Origin: Octopus vulgaris
Taxonomy: Eukaryota
Reading direction: 5' to 3'
Assembly (NCBI GenBank): GCA_951406725.2
Contig: OX597833.1
Coordinates: 29,822,001 to 29,886,000, forward strand
DNA: 64,000 nt
Under the pieces are notes generated by a model, which worked only from the letters and a program-made list of their open reading frames with translations, did not search any database and was not told the DNA's origin. Numbering within the stretch: the first letter of the stretch is position 1; every line of letters begins with the position of its first letter. This document shows positions 44,273-57,127 of the stretch, piece after piece. A program made the position numbers and the translations under genes.

Positions 44273-44377
44273 ATTTATACACATGCATATATGGGTACAG
44301 GACGTCACCAAACAGTAAACAACATGAAATAATATTTAGTCCTAATAGGTAGCCTAGTTTTCATTTGAAAGCTTTAG

Positions 44378-44466
44378 TTCAACCCATGCTAGCATTTGAA
44401 AGCTTCTGTCCAACCCATGCTAGCATGGAAAACGGACGCTAAACGATGATGATGATGATGATGATG
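44378..44466 (+). mobile_element. Extremely truncated RTE 3' end with local duplication
   Basis: caacccatgctagcat occurs twice, followed by aaacgatgatgatg. Confidence 0.8.
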
Positions 44467-44727
44467 TTGTAGATTTGTTCAATCAGAGCAGACCTAAGCC
44501 TAAACAACTCTGGTTTTATTATCCTTTCTTTCATTAATTCCACAAAACTATGAATGTTACAATTCTTCTAATACAAATCTGAATCTTGCCTATCTTTTGA
44601 AAAAGATATAAATAAATAAACAAAAGGAATTTGATTGTAAAAAGTGTGATGCTGCCCTCCTGCAAACTTTATGAGATTTATAAAAGAAAAGTGAAGGGGC
44701 AAAACTGACATGACTATATGACTCTAG

Positions 44728-45206
44728 AGCTGTGTTTCTCAACCATTTTTTCCCTATGGACACCTTTGTTTCCTATTCTTTTGGGTGAACTCACAGTGCT
44801 TAAAATGTTTAAGAACTCCTATTATATGTTTAACCCTTTAGCTTTCAGATTACTCTGTTAAATGTAATACATATTTATTCATATTATTTTCAATTAATCC
44901 TGCATTATCTTGTAGCTTCAGGATTTTGATGTGATTGTTTATTTTTAGAATGACACAGTAAGGCAGTTGTGAGAGACTGGATGTGGCCATTTTAAACATA
45001 GAACAGGTACACTATTTGGGCCTGATATGGCCTGTTTAAATGGTAGAAGGTTTAAATTCCTATTATATTTTTATACTTAGATATTATTAAGAACTGTATA
45101 AAACAAAACTATTAAAATATTTTGTTTATTGTAGAAGTATAACCAATTTATTGCACATAAATTTTAACCGCAAAATCTCATATGGATCCCAGTTGAAAAC
45201 CACTGC
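44728..45206. mobile_element. hAT-like MITE with nested piggyBac-like MITE (44830-45055)
   Basis: ctgtgtttctcaacc ... gttgaaaaccactg TIRs; nested TTAA-ccctttagc...gg-TTAA. Confidence 0.7.
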
Positions 45207-46529
45207 TCTTGGCTGGAAGCAAAAATGAGAAGGCATTGTGCTTTTAGTAATCTAGAGTAGGGTACTCTTTATGGTACTATGTAGGTACCCAGCCACCACA
45301 TTTTGGGGATCTTTTTATATTCTTATTTAGTTGCTCTATATCATTATTGCAATCTATTTATTCATTTTTATTGTTTTGTTGACCTTACCCTTTTATGCCA
45401 CTGTAAAATCCTTCTCTATTTCTTCTTTGTTCTTTTCTTTTATACCCTGCCTCTTGGTCCCTTGTAACCAAAAGAAATTATTATACTCCATTAGGATAAA
45501 AAAAATTTAATCAACCTCCTCCATTTCATGGTTTTTTTGTTACTTATAGGTCATGTCTTTTGTTACTTTTTTTTGTTGTTGTTCTGTTACACTGCAAGTC
45601 TTCTCTTTCTATACAAGCCCTATTCACCTTCACCTGTGCCTAATGTGTGTGTGTGTGTATTGAGCTGCTGCTTCTCTATTCACTTGTTCACAACTAGTTG
45701 GTCACATGACCTAATTCATCGCCATCCTTGTCAAGTTTGCTTCTTATCTCCACCATCCACCTCACTGACATGTGCATACACAAAGACAATAAATATATAA
45801 ACACACACACAGATACACAACTAATACATAAACTCAGAAACAGATTCATCTATGCACACATGCATTCATTGCCAACATAGAATTGTAATTTCAAAGGTTG
45901 TATGAATGGATTCACTTCCACCTCCACCACTACCTTCTATTCAGTCACCTTTATTTTCCACTACCATCACCTCCGCACTATACAATTTCTTCAGCTTTCA
46001 TCAACATACTCCTCTCAATCAACTTCTCCCCTCACAAGAAAGACTTGCAGTCTTATTTTTAGTCAATTACTTTTTACTGTACACACACACACACACATTA
46101 TAAATGTATGTATGTTTCCAGTTCTACACTAGTTATGCACCCAGGTAACTGTAATTTAGCATAGAGACACACCTTTCAAAAGGGCCCATGGCCTGTGTGA
46201 ATTTTTATGGAATTTATTTTTATGCCTTGAAGCCCTGCAGTGAGCACAGCTAATATTTACCGATTAGAAATATAGTTCATTTAGAGAAATTATGTAAATT
46301 AATGCAGGGAAAGGAGAGTGAGAAACATTTTTCCCATTAAAAAAAATTAGGGAGTAAAATTATATTTTAGGTTCTACATTGTTTGATGGCCTGGATAGCC
46401 AACCAAATGTAGTCAATCTATTTTCATAGTAATTTATAGAACTTATCAAGTTATACTTTTTTAAACAACTTGGACAAAATTGGGTAGAGTTTCTAATGTG
46501 TGTGTATGTGTGTGTGTGTGTGTGGGGGG

Positions 46530-46890
46530 TTATGGTTCGTTTCCAAATCACATGGTTTTCAGACAGGAATTTTCTACTACATCCCAAGCTAACCAAAGAC
46601 TTGTGAATAGATTTGGCAGATAGAAATTGAAAGAAATCTGTTATACACACACACACACACATCTTTTATTTTTTACTTGTTTCAGTCATTAGATTGTAAC
46701 CATGCTGTATAGCCTTGAAGAATCTTTTAGTCAAGTGAATCAACCCCAGTACTTATTTATTTTTGTTAAGCCTAGTATTTATTCTATCAATCTCCTTTGC
46801 TGAACCACTAGATTACAGGAAGATAAACACACCAACACCAGTTGTCAAGCAGTAGTGGTGGACAAATACAGATGCAAATACACACACACT
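46530..46890. mobile_element. SINE family A pieces in opposite orientations
   Basis: 5' part on + (46530-46660), 3' part on - (46662-46890). Confidence 0.6.
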
Positions 46891-46919
46891 CATAGATATA
46901 CATACATGTGTGTGTGTGT

Positions 46920-47090
46920 GTAGTTTAAATTTACAGAAAAACAAAAGATGAAGACAGATGTAGGAACAACAAGCAGGTGTATTCATTTGACGCTTGGGAA
47001 AAATGGAAGTCTTTTACATTTCAAGCCTATGCTCTTCAACAGAAAGAAATAAGAGGAAAAAATGGAGAGAGAGAAACTGTGTAGAGTTCA
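46920..47090 (-). mobile_element. Short Penelope-like repeat carrying a hammerhead-like motif (47010-47047)
   Basis: TCTTT-CTGTTGAA-GAGC atag GCTT-GAAATGTA-AAAGA; second copy at 48742-48905. Confidence 0.6.
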
Positions 47091-47849
47091 GAAGTCCAAC
47101 ATGGCGAGTGTCTAGCAAAAAAGAGGTTGAACAAAAGGGAGATAATAATGGTGATCCCAATACACCAAGGTGCGCAAGCATGTGAGTGTTTGTGAATGGG
47201 GGCGAATGAGTCTGACGTGTGTGTATTTTGAGTAGCAGTTGACGTGTGTTTTTTCAAGTGATGTGTTCATGTGCTTGTGTGTGTGTGTGTCTGTGACCAA
47301 ATAGTATGCATGCATATAGTGTATTTTTGTGGGAAAAAGTTTTCTTTGTCTATGTTAGTGTATGTATATAAAGTTTGTGTTCTGGTATTATGTGCTTGTG
47401 TGGGTGTGGGAGTACCTATTGTCTGTGCTCAAGAATGATGTGCTTGTGGTGTGTGTGCTGAGTTAAACAGTGTGTGGCTGCTCATATTGTGGTATTGAAG
47501 ATTGTGTGTGGATAATGGTGTGTATGTGTGTAATGGTGTGTGAAGTGAGTGATGAGTTGGACAGTGTATGAGTGTGTGTATAGTGGTGCATGTGTGGTGA
47601 GGTGGGTGATATGCAGGTGTGTAGGTGCAGGGGACAGTTAGATGTGAGAGGTGTATGGGAATCCATGTGGGGTTGGTGTCAGACAAAGAGAGGAGGTGAG
47701 TTGAGCCCATATAGCACAAGGAATGAAGAGAGAATATTAATTCTTGTTCACAGCAAAGGCTGGAGTCTGATTGACTGCCCCCCCCCCCCAAAAAAAAAAT
47801 ATCGGGCTTTGTGCCTAGAGTAAAAGTTGTGGCAAATACCAGTGTCATG

Positions 47850-48073
47850 CAAACTGGCACCTGTGCTAGTGGAACGCAAATGACACCTGTGCCAGTGGCA
47901 TGTAAAAGCATCCATTACACTCTCGGAGTGGTTGGCGTTAGGAAGGGCATCCAGCCATAGAAAACCATGCCAAATCAGACTGGAGTCTGATGCAGCCTTC
48001 CAGCATGCCTGTCTACTCAAACCATCTGGCCCATCCCACCAATGACAATGGACATTAAATGATGATGATGATG
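47850..48073 (+). mobile_element. RTE 3' UTR, diverged
   Basis: gagtggttggcgttaggaagggcatccagc...(gat)n. Confidence 0.85.
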
Positions 48074-48099
48074 TGCGTCTGTGTGTTGGAAAATATGAC

Positions 48100-48560
48100 C
48101 GGCAGGTCTCACTGTTCTTTCCACTACAATTTCCTGCTGGTTATGTAGATTGGCTCTTCTTGGGACTTCAGAGTTTGTGATTCTGTCTCTGTAGGTGATC
48201 TGAAATCTTCTTCATTGATGGATTGCAATTACCTCTGAATGGTCTTGGCAGTCATTTTCCAAGTTCCTCCTGTGTAGACTGCTGTTTGTAGGACAAAGCA
48301 CTAGTATAGCAGGATCTTCATACAGCTGCTAATCATAATGCTGGCTCAAATCTTGGTCATTCCTCTGAACACTGCTGCTGCAAACCCAATTTTGAAGTTG
48401 ACATCTGTCTCAGCATCCCCCTCTATAGCGATAATGCTGCCCAGGTTCTTGATTCATAAGAACTTGCATCTCTTCTTAACCATTGGCCCACATCACTTTT
48501 GTGTTTCTCAGATCTGATCCATAGGTTTGCCCTTGCTGCCTCTTCAGCCAAATTAGTGTT
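48100..48560 (-). pseudogene. Old RTE-type LINE RT C-terminal remnant (different family)
   Basis: LGSIIAIEGDAETDVNFKIGFAAAVF...KILLY*...AVYTGGTWKMT. Confidence 0.7.
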
Positions 48561-48741
48561 GTTTTTTTTATGTTGTACCAAGCTTAAAAAAATAAGTACA
48601 ATGCTTGATTTGTTTGACTAAGTCCTTCAAAGTGGTGCCCCAAGATGGCTGTAGTTTGACTGAAGCAAGATAAAAGAAGCTTCATGTATAGTGTATGTAA
48701 TAAATATGTATATATACATATATGTATGTATGTGCAATATA

Positions 48742-48905
48742 TAGTTCAAATTTACAGAAAACAAAAAGGAAGACAAGTGAAGGAACAACAAGCAGGTGTA
48801 TTAGTTTAACGCTCAAGAAGAATGGAAAGCTCTTTGATGTTTCGAACCTACTCTCTTCGACAGAAAGGATTGAGAAGGAAAAAGATGGAGAGGGAAAAAA
48901 TGTGT
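48742..48905 (-). mobile_element. Second copy of the short Penelope-like repeat with hammerhead-like motif (48832-48867)
   Basis: CTTT-CTGTCGAA-GAGAGTAGGTTC-GAAACATC-AAAG. Confidence 0.6.
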
Positions 48906-50268
48906 AGGAATTAATGGTTCAACATGATGAAAGATCACCATCATTTATATCTGTTTCAATGCTGGCATGAGTTGGATGGTTTTGTAGGATCTGGTGATCC
49001 ACAAATTTGCATCAAGCTCCAATATTATCTTTGGCCTGATTTCTTTGGTTGGATGCCCTTCCTAATGCCACCCACTTTACAGAATGTAATGGATCTTTTC
49101 TCATGTCACCAGCACTATGTTGGGAATTGGACTGCAAGTTCTAGCTGGTCAAGTTCACACACGCACACACACACATGCACAGGGGGTCTCTTTTTGACCC
49201 TGACTGGTGATGCTGGGAGATGTAATGTTTGTTGTTGGTGGTGGTAGTAGTAGCAGTGATGGTATTGGTAATAATATCGGTTATAGTGCTGGTGGTGGTG
49301 GTGGTGGTAGTTGTGACTGTAATAGTTTTTTTATTAGTGATGGTGGTAAATTTTTAGTAGTAATAGTAGTTGTGGGAACAGATTTAAAGAGAATGTTAAT
49401 TCAACACTAACAACAGCAAACAAACATATTCAACTAACTGCATTCTGCATTGTTCTTTTTTTTTTCTCTCTCTTATATTTGTGTGTGTGTGTTTCTACTT
49501 AGAGTGGGAAAGATGGTTTTGTAATTTTAATTTCATTTCATTACCATAAAAATATTTTGAATTCTAGCCAAATACACTCATTGAAGCATATGTATTTACA
49601 CTTGCACGTATATGTACACACAAAAACATATAGACACACACACAAAAAAATAAAATAATAATCTGTTTGTATATTTATTTAGTTACTTATATAGCTATTC
49701 AGTTAGTGTGTGTGTGTGTGAGAGAGAGAGTCTGTGTTGTATGGCAGCAGGCCTGGGAACATATGTGAAGAAATGTGCTACTGTTTTGTATGTCTGAGAA
49801 AGACTTAAATGTTTGCATGCATGCACACATGCATGCCAACATGTTTGTGCATTCACATAGACATATGTTATGTTAGTATATAGAATTATACTTAGTGTAC
49901 AAGTATATTTGTCTTCTAAACAAATTTTCAGTGTATGTGTGTATTGGTTTTGAGCTGTATTGTTATTTAGCCTGAGGTCCATACTGATGAAGCAGGCCGA
50001 TGATCAAAGGCATTTTAATTTGACCATCCTATCTTTTACCTATGTGCAGAACACCCAGTACCACATTATCTTTTTCTTAGTCAGTGAAGTGTGATTTGAG
50101 GGAGATAAGCTGCTATTTCTAGCAGGTCAAGTAACCACCTAGAGACTCCTTTGTTAGTTCATGCTCTGTTTGTGTGTGTGTATGTTAGTGGTATGTGTGG
50201 TGTATGTATGTGTAGTAATGGTCTTGGTTGCACTATGTGCATGTGATGTTGGTTTTGACATGTATTGT

Positions 50269-50302
<34 letters not shown>

Positions 50303-50711
50303 ACATTTGTTTCTTGCTTTGAAGTTTGAAAATTAATTTTCTTTTTCCTTTTTTCTATTTTTTCATATTTAAAAGTTATTTATAAAACACATTGAGCAGG
50401 AATCTTTTTTTTCTTTCGTACAGGGAAGTTTTATTTCAAAATATTTCAGTTTCGTGTTCTATTTGTGTTAATGATATCCCATTAAAAATAAGAATATAAA
50501 TAATTAAAGAATTGTCCAATAGTTTTCAATTTCAGGAAGTGTGTATATTCTTAAAACCTTTTGGAACTTAGAAATATACATCTGTCTAGTTATACTGTTT
50601 ACTATCCATGAGTTTAAGAATATCTCTCTTACAAACCAATTTATATATATATATATATAATCAAAATCAAACCAAATCAAATCATATATCAGAAAGCAGT
50701 GGTTTAAGTGA

Positions 50712-51117
50712 AGCATCTGTTCGTGTCCGCTGCCAGCCTCGCCTGGCCCCCGTGTCGGTGACATGTAAAAGCACCATTCATTCGTGGCCGTTTGCCAGCT
50801 CTGTCTGGCCCCGTGTCGGTGGCACGTAAAAGCACCATCCGTTCGTGTCCGTTGCCAGCATCGCCTGGCCCCGTGCCGGTGACACATAAAAGCACCGTCT
50901 GTTCGTGGCCATTTGCCAGCTCTGTCTGGCACCTGTGCAGGTGGCACGTAAAAAGCACCCACTACACCCACGGAGTGGTTGGCGTTAGGAAAGGCATCCA
51001 GCTGTAGAAACACTGCCAGATCTGACTGGGCCTGATGAAGCCTTCCAGCTTCACAGACCCCAGTTGAACCGTCCAACCCATGCTAGCATGGAAAGCGGAT
51101 GCTAAATGATGATGATG

Positions 51118-51119
<2 letters not shown>
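50712..51119 (+). mobile_element. RTE 3' UTR with 4 internal ~59 bp repeats and (GAT)n tail
   Basis: aaaagcacc.t..gttcgtg.cc.ttgccagc units. Confidence 0.9.
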
Positions 51120-51154
<35 letters not shown>

Positions 51155-51393
51155 TACATATATATCTGTTTAGTGATCTGTCTATCTATTTGTCTTTCTC
51201 ACCCGCCATCTATCTTTACATGCATATTTGTATCAATAATTAAGTGGAAGAATATGGCCAGTAGCATTTCGATTTCATCAAAGTTAGAAAAGTTAATTCA
51301 ACCAAATTCTTACAGGATTTGGCTTCAAATGAAGGTACTTCAGTAGAATAACTTACTTCATGTACCTCTATTATCATCATTATCATTTCAAAA

Positions 51394-51603
51394 GCAGTGA
51401 GCTGGCAGAATGGTTAGTACGCTGAGCAGAATGCTGAGTGACATTTTGTCCCTCTTTTCATCATGAGTTCAAATTCCATCAAGGTTGATTTTGCCTTTCA
51501 TTCTTTTGGGATTGATAAAATAATTATTTGTTGAGCACATGGGTCAATGTAAGTGACTTACCACCTCCCCCAGAATTGCTGGCCTTGTACCAAAATTTGA
51601 AAT
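51394..51603 (+). mobile_element. SINE family B
   Basis: gtgagctggcagaat...gagttcaaattcc...ggccttgtaccaaaatttgaaa. Confidence 0.8.
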
Positions 51604-52108
51604 TTATCATTTTAGTGTAAGCTCCCCCTCATCATGATTGGGCCTGGGCTAGATTGGCTTCCAGTGTGTGTTATGATATTTCTGCTCTCTCTCTCTCTCT
51701 CTCTCTTCCCACATACTCCAAATTGCTCACATGTGTCTACATGTGCAAAGATTTAAATATACTATATTATGAGAACCAGAGTAATTCAGCAAACAGTAAT
51801 TTCCCTTCTACCTCAGTGTAAGTTTCTTGTGGCCATACTCCTATTGAAATACAATTTCCATATTTTGAAAATAATTAAGAATTTGGAGGGGTTTAGTAAA
51901 ATAAACTAATTTTTTTCATTAATAAGTTTGTACTTGAAACTTAACATTTAGGATCTTACATAAAAGTATGATGAAAGGTTTTAATTTAAGGAACATTTTT
52001 AAATGTGGTTATGTATCATATGATTAGAAGTGGTCTAAAAGAGTTAAACAGGGAAAAAAGTTGTGTGACTGGCTTGTTTTAACTAGCACTTTCTTACTCC
52101 ATACTCCT

Positions 52109-52201
52109 GCAATGGACCGGTGTCCCGTCCAGGTGGGGAACCTATACGCCAAGGAAACCGGGAAACTGGCCCTTATGAGCTAGGGATGGCTTGAGTAGGA
52201 A
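52109..52201 (+). mobile_element. 5'-truncated SINE (V-domain-like) with 16 bp TSD
   Basis: gcaatggaccggtgtcccgtccagg; flanked by cttactccatactcct / cttactccatattcct. Confidence 0.7.
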
Positions 52202-52294
52202 CTTACTCCATATTCCTAAAATCTTTGAGCACAAATGGTGGAGAGTTGGATTTCTTTTCCACTCCATTCCTTTCTCTCTTTGAGACATGGTGTC

Positions 52295-52526
52295 TTAACT
52301 CTTAAGCATTTAAAAAATGGCCATATCTGGCCCAAATATTCTACCAATTTTATGTTCAAATTGGCTAGATCTGGCTTCTCATATCTACCCTTCAATGTTA
52401 TTTTAAAAATACACAATCATATCAGTGAAATCTCATAGCTACAGAATAATACATGATTAATTCAAAACATTGTGAATCAATAAGCATCATATTTGACAGA
52501 ATAATTTGAATGCTAAAAGGTTTAAT
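52295..52526. mobile_element. piggyBac-like MITE
   Basis: TTAA-ctcttaagcatt...gctaaaagg-t-TTAA. Confidence 0.7.
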
Positions 52527-53485
52527 TGATAAAAATAATTGACTGCTAAGACAGAGTGAGTTGATTTCAAATCATAGTCACTGAAGAATACCTTGTGGTG
52601 TTGTTCAAAGCGCATATCCAACCTAACTGAAAAAAACTCCCATCCTAATTCACAGGTGGCTGAATAACAATAACAATAACATGAATAATTATGCTTCCTA
52701 ACTGGCACAAGGCCACACATGTAGAAGAATAGTATAGTTCATATATGGTATATAGTTTAGATAAAGACAGATATACACTGATTGTTGTATGTAGAAATTT
52801 CTGTTGAAATTTAGTTGAAATTTCTGTCTTAGGGAAAAACAAAATATACAAAGCTAAAACATTTTGTGGCAGTTATTAGCAACTCTTGAAGAAAAGGGGA
52901 GGTAATTATTTTATATTACTAGTTCTTATTTTATCGATCCAGCAGTGATGAAAGGCAAGGTTGTTGACCTCAGCAGGATTTGAACTCAGAACTTAAGAGC
53001 CTAATAATATTAATAATAATAACAATAACAACAACAATAATAACAATGGTTTCAATTTTTGCCACAAGGCTAGCAATTTTAGGGGTTCAGGTTAATCGAT
53101 TACACTGATCCCAGTGTTCAACTGGTACTTATTTTATCGACCTCAAAAGGATGAAAGGTAAAGCTGACCATAGCAGCATTTGAACTCAGAATGTAAAGAC
53201 AGACAGAATGCCACTAAGCATTTTGCCAGTCATGCTAACAATCCTGCCAGCTCACCACCTTAATAATAATAGTCCTTTCTACTATAGGCACAAGGACTGA
53301 AATTTGTGGGGTGGGGTATAGTCGATTACATTGACCCCAGTACTCAACTGGTACTTATTCCATCAACTTCAAAAGGACAAAAGGCAAAGTCAACCTCAGT
53401 AGAATTTGAACTCAGAACATAAAGATGGGCAAAATACTGCTAAGCATTTTGAGTGGCATGCTAACGATTCTGCCAGTTTACTGCC

Positions 53486-53521
<36 letters not shown>

Positions 53522-53523
<2 letters not shown>

Positions 53524-54068
53524 GGCAGTGGCTCTCATGGCTTCTGATCTTAACTGATTGGAAGTGTTATCATGTACATTGTTTTGTCTTGGTATAAACG
53601 ATGGGCTACAGCAAATATTCTGCTCAATACCACAGATTTACTTGTCAGTTGCTTGACCGTAACCAGTTGACCATGTCCTTTAGTGGCTGATATGTGCATC
53701 TCTGATCATGAGCAGAAGTAGTGGGGGAGCATCATAGCCGTGTGTTGAAAGGAATTCTTTGAGGTTTAAATAATTCACCTCTGGAAACATGGGTGGTTTG
53801 TTCAACATCCTTAAACAACCCTTATTCAAGGACCTTTTGAGCAGGATGGGTTACTTGACAAGAAGAAAATTCTAACTGGGCCCCACCTGCAAGGTCATGT
53901 GCTGTTTATCTTGATATGAGATCACTATGTTGCGCACATATGGTTGTGATGCATGTGCCTAGTGTACCCTTATCAGACAAGTAGTCATGATGGGTATGCT
54001 GGGCTTCGTATATTTTACCCCAGTGTCACTTTGATGGCATGCACTGCTCTCTCACTCAATAATAATAA
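53522..54068 (+). mobile_element. Probable retroposon 3' segment with (AAT)n tail, inserted in an (AAT)n tract
   Basis: GC-richer ~540 bp block bounded by (aat)n on both sides; family not identified. Confidence 0.5.
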
Positions 54069-55948
54069 TGATTGTTTCTTTCATAGGGATATTGCAAAAA
54101 AAAAAAAATATCTATGTGAGGGAAACTATTAGTGATATCACCCCTAATTCTTGACCAGTACTTAATTTTTTATTGATCCCAGGACGCTGAAAGGCTCCTG
54201 GGATCAATGATAATAATAATAATGGTTTCAAATTTTACTACAAGGGCAGTGATTTTGGGGGAAAGGATGAATCAATTACATCAACCCCAGTGTTCAACTG
54301 GTACTTATTTTATTGACCCCAGAAAGATGAAAGGCAAAGCCAACCTCAGAATGTGCAGAGAATAAACTGCTGCTAAGCATTTCATAGAGCATGCTAACAA
54401 TTCTGCCAGCTTCCCAAAATCTTTTCTAGTAAGGGCATAAGGCCTGACACTTTGGGGGTAAGTTGATCACATCAACCCCAATGTTCAACTGGTGCTTATT
54501 TTCTCAACCTCAAAAAGATGAAAGCCAAAGTCAACCTCGGCAGAATTTAAATTCAGAATGTAGACAGGTGAAATACCACTAAGCATTTTGTCCAGTATGC
54601 TAACGATTCTGCTAGCTTGCTGCTTTATAATAATACTACTACTAATAATAATAGTCCTTTCTACTAAAGGCACAAGGCTTGAAATTTTGCGGGAGGGGAC
54701 TTGTTGAGTACATTGACCCTAGTGTTTCTCTGGTACTTAATTTATCAACCCTGATAGGATAAAAGGCAAAGTTGACCTTGAATAATAAAGGCAGTGATTC
54801 TCAACCACTTCTTGTCCATGGACTCTGATTCCCATTTTACTCTACTGTGCCACCACCACCACCACTAACTATTCATAGAAACAGATGAAAAGTTGAACTT
54901 AGAACATAGAAACAGATGAAAAGCCTGGCGTGCTAATGATTCTACCAGCTCACTGCCTTAATAATAATAATAATAATGATTCTTTCTACTATAAGCACAA
55001 GGCCTGAAATTTGTGGGGAGCGGTGATGGTCAATTACATCAACCCCAGTGATGTATTGCCTATCCCCTTTCATACTTTCAAGGTCGAAGGATGGAAAGCA
55101 AATTTGAACTCAGAATGTAAAAAGCAGGAAGAAATGTTGTTAGGCATTTTGTCTGACATGTTAACGACTCTGTCACTTTGCCACCTAATGATAATGGCCA
55201 CTAATTTAGATACAAAGTCAGGAATTTAGAGAGAGAAACTTAGTCAATTACATTGACTCTAATACTGTATTTCATTGACCCTAGAGATATAAAAAACAAA
55301 GTTAACCTTGCAAAAATTTGAACTAACAATATTGGTTTTAAATTTTGACACAAGGCCAGCAATTTCGGGGGAGGTAGGAAGTCGATTACATTGACCCCAG
55401 TGCTCAATGACTACTTATTTTATTGACCTTGAAAGGATGAAAGACAAAGTCGATCTCCATGGAATTTGAACTCAGAAAGTATTTTGCAGTGTGTTAATGA
55501 TTCTGCCAGCTCACCACTCCCTTTGAACTAATAATATTAATAATGGTTTCTAATTTAAAAACAAGGTCAGAATTTTGAAGTGAAGGCTTTTAGTTGATAA
55601 TATTGGCCCCCAGTACTGGTACTTCATTTTTATCAAACCTGAAAGGATGAAAGGTGCTATGCAGTGGGACTGAACCTGGAACTATGTGTTTAGGAAGCAA
55701 ACTTCTTGCCACATAAACTGACCACTTGCAGCATGATAAATAACATGGTAGTAGAAAAGAATTCTGTACCCTTTCACTTGGTGCCTTAAGCATGTACTGA
55801 TATTGTTAAATGCTTAATCTGAGCCTTATAAAGGATAGAAATGATTGAATGAATACCCCTGTACTTGCCTAATATTAAATTTATTGACCTTGGAATGACA
55901 AGTGAAAGGTTAAATTGATTCTGTTGAAATCTGTATTCATAATAAAGG

Positions 55949-56177
55949 CAGTGATTCTCAACCACTTCTTGTCCATGGACTCTGATTCCCATTTTACTCT
56001 ACTGTGCCACCACCACCACTAACTATTCAATGTTTAAAAATCTGCCTATTTTTTATACCATTAAATATTAGGAATTGTATAAAAATTTGCTAAAATATTT
56101 TGGGAATTGTAGAAGTATAACCATTTTATTGTACTTAAATGGCAAAATCTTATGTGGACCCCAGTTGAAAACTACTG
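55949..56177. mobile_element. hAT-like MITE (partial duplicate at 54792-54875)
   Basis: cagtgattctcaacc ... gttgaaaactactg. Confidence 0.7.
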
Positions 56178-57127
56178 ATACGGAGGGATGAATCTGGTTT
56201 TTTACATTAGTACAATTCTCCATCCAAATGTTTTAATACAGAGGCATGGTTGCATGAATTATAAACACTATTTCCATCCCAGTATGTTACTGATACATAT
56301 TTTATTGATCTTAAAGTGACAAAAGACCAAGTCCATCTTGGTGAGATCTGAAGTCAGTACATAAAAAAAATACAGAAATGAAATTTCTTTTTGTCTTGCT
56401 CTCAACTCTATCTTATTACAGCATTTGTAAAATAACAAATATTAATCATCAGTTGATGTTAATAATAATAAGTTAATATTTCCTGGAATTATGTCTAAAA
56501 AGTGAAGAAATAATTATAATAATAACTCTAATTTTGGTCCAAGGCCAACAGTTTTGAAGGGAGGGGTATGTTGATTGCATCAACGCCAGTACTAGACTAG
56601 TACTTTATTTTATTGACTCTGAAAGGATGAAAGGCAAACTCAGCCTTGGTGGAATTAAGCATTTTGTCTTATGCTCTAACAATTCTGCCAACTCACCGGC
56701 TTAATAATTATAATATCAATGATTCTTGGTGCAAGGCCAGCATTTTGAAGTTGGGGTGGTGAAGAGTCAATAACATTAATTTCAGGACTCGACTGGCATT
56801 TATTTTATTGATCCCAAATGGAATTTGAACTCAGAATATAAAGTACTGGAAGAAATGCAGCTAAGCATTTTGTCCAACACTCTAAAGATTCTGCCAGTTC
56901 ACTACCCTAATAATAATAATGATTTCAAATTTTGGCAAAAGGCCAGCAATTTCAAGGGATATCATCTATCCCTACTGCTTAACTGTTGATTATCTTATCA
57001 GCCTCAAAAAGATAAAGGCAAAGTCAACCTCAGCAGTATTTGAACTCTGAAAATATAGACACAGTGCTGCTAAACATTTTTCCCAGTGTGCTAACGATTC
57101 TGCCAGCTGGCCACCTTAATAATAATA

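Larger units (their letters stand above)
52855..57125 (-). mobile_element. Cluster of more than 10 SINE family B copies separated by (AAT)n, mostly co-oriented
   Basis: Repeated caaggcc...attgaccccagt...aaaggatgaaaggcaaagtc...tttgaactcagaa...gattctgccagct units. Confidence 0.88.

Noticed and set aside
49983-50010. CTGATGA as a hammerhead core
   Set aside because: No helix II followed by GAAA and no helix I partner.
52855-57125. CRISPR array or tRNA gene cluster
   Set aside because: Units are ~200 bp diverged SINEs with AAT tails.
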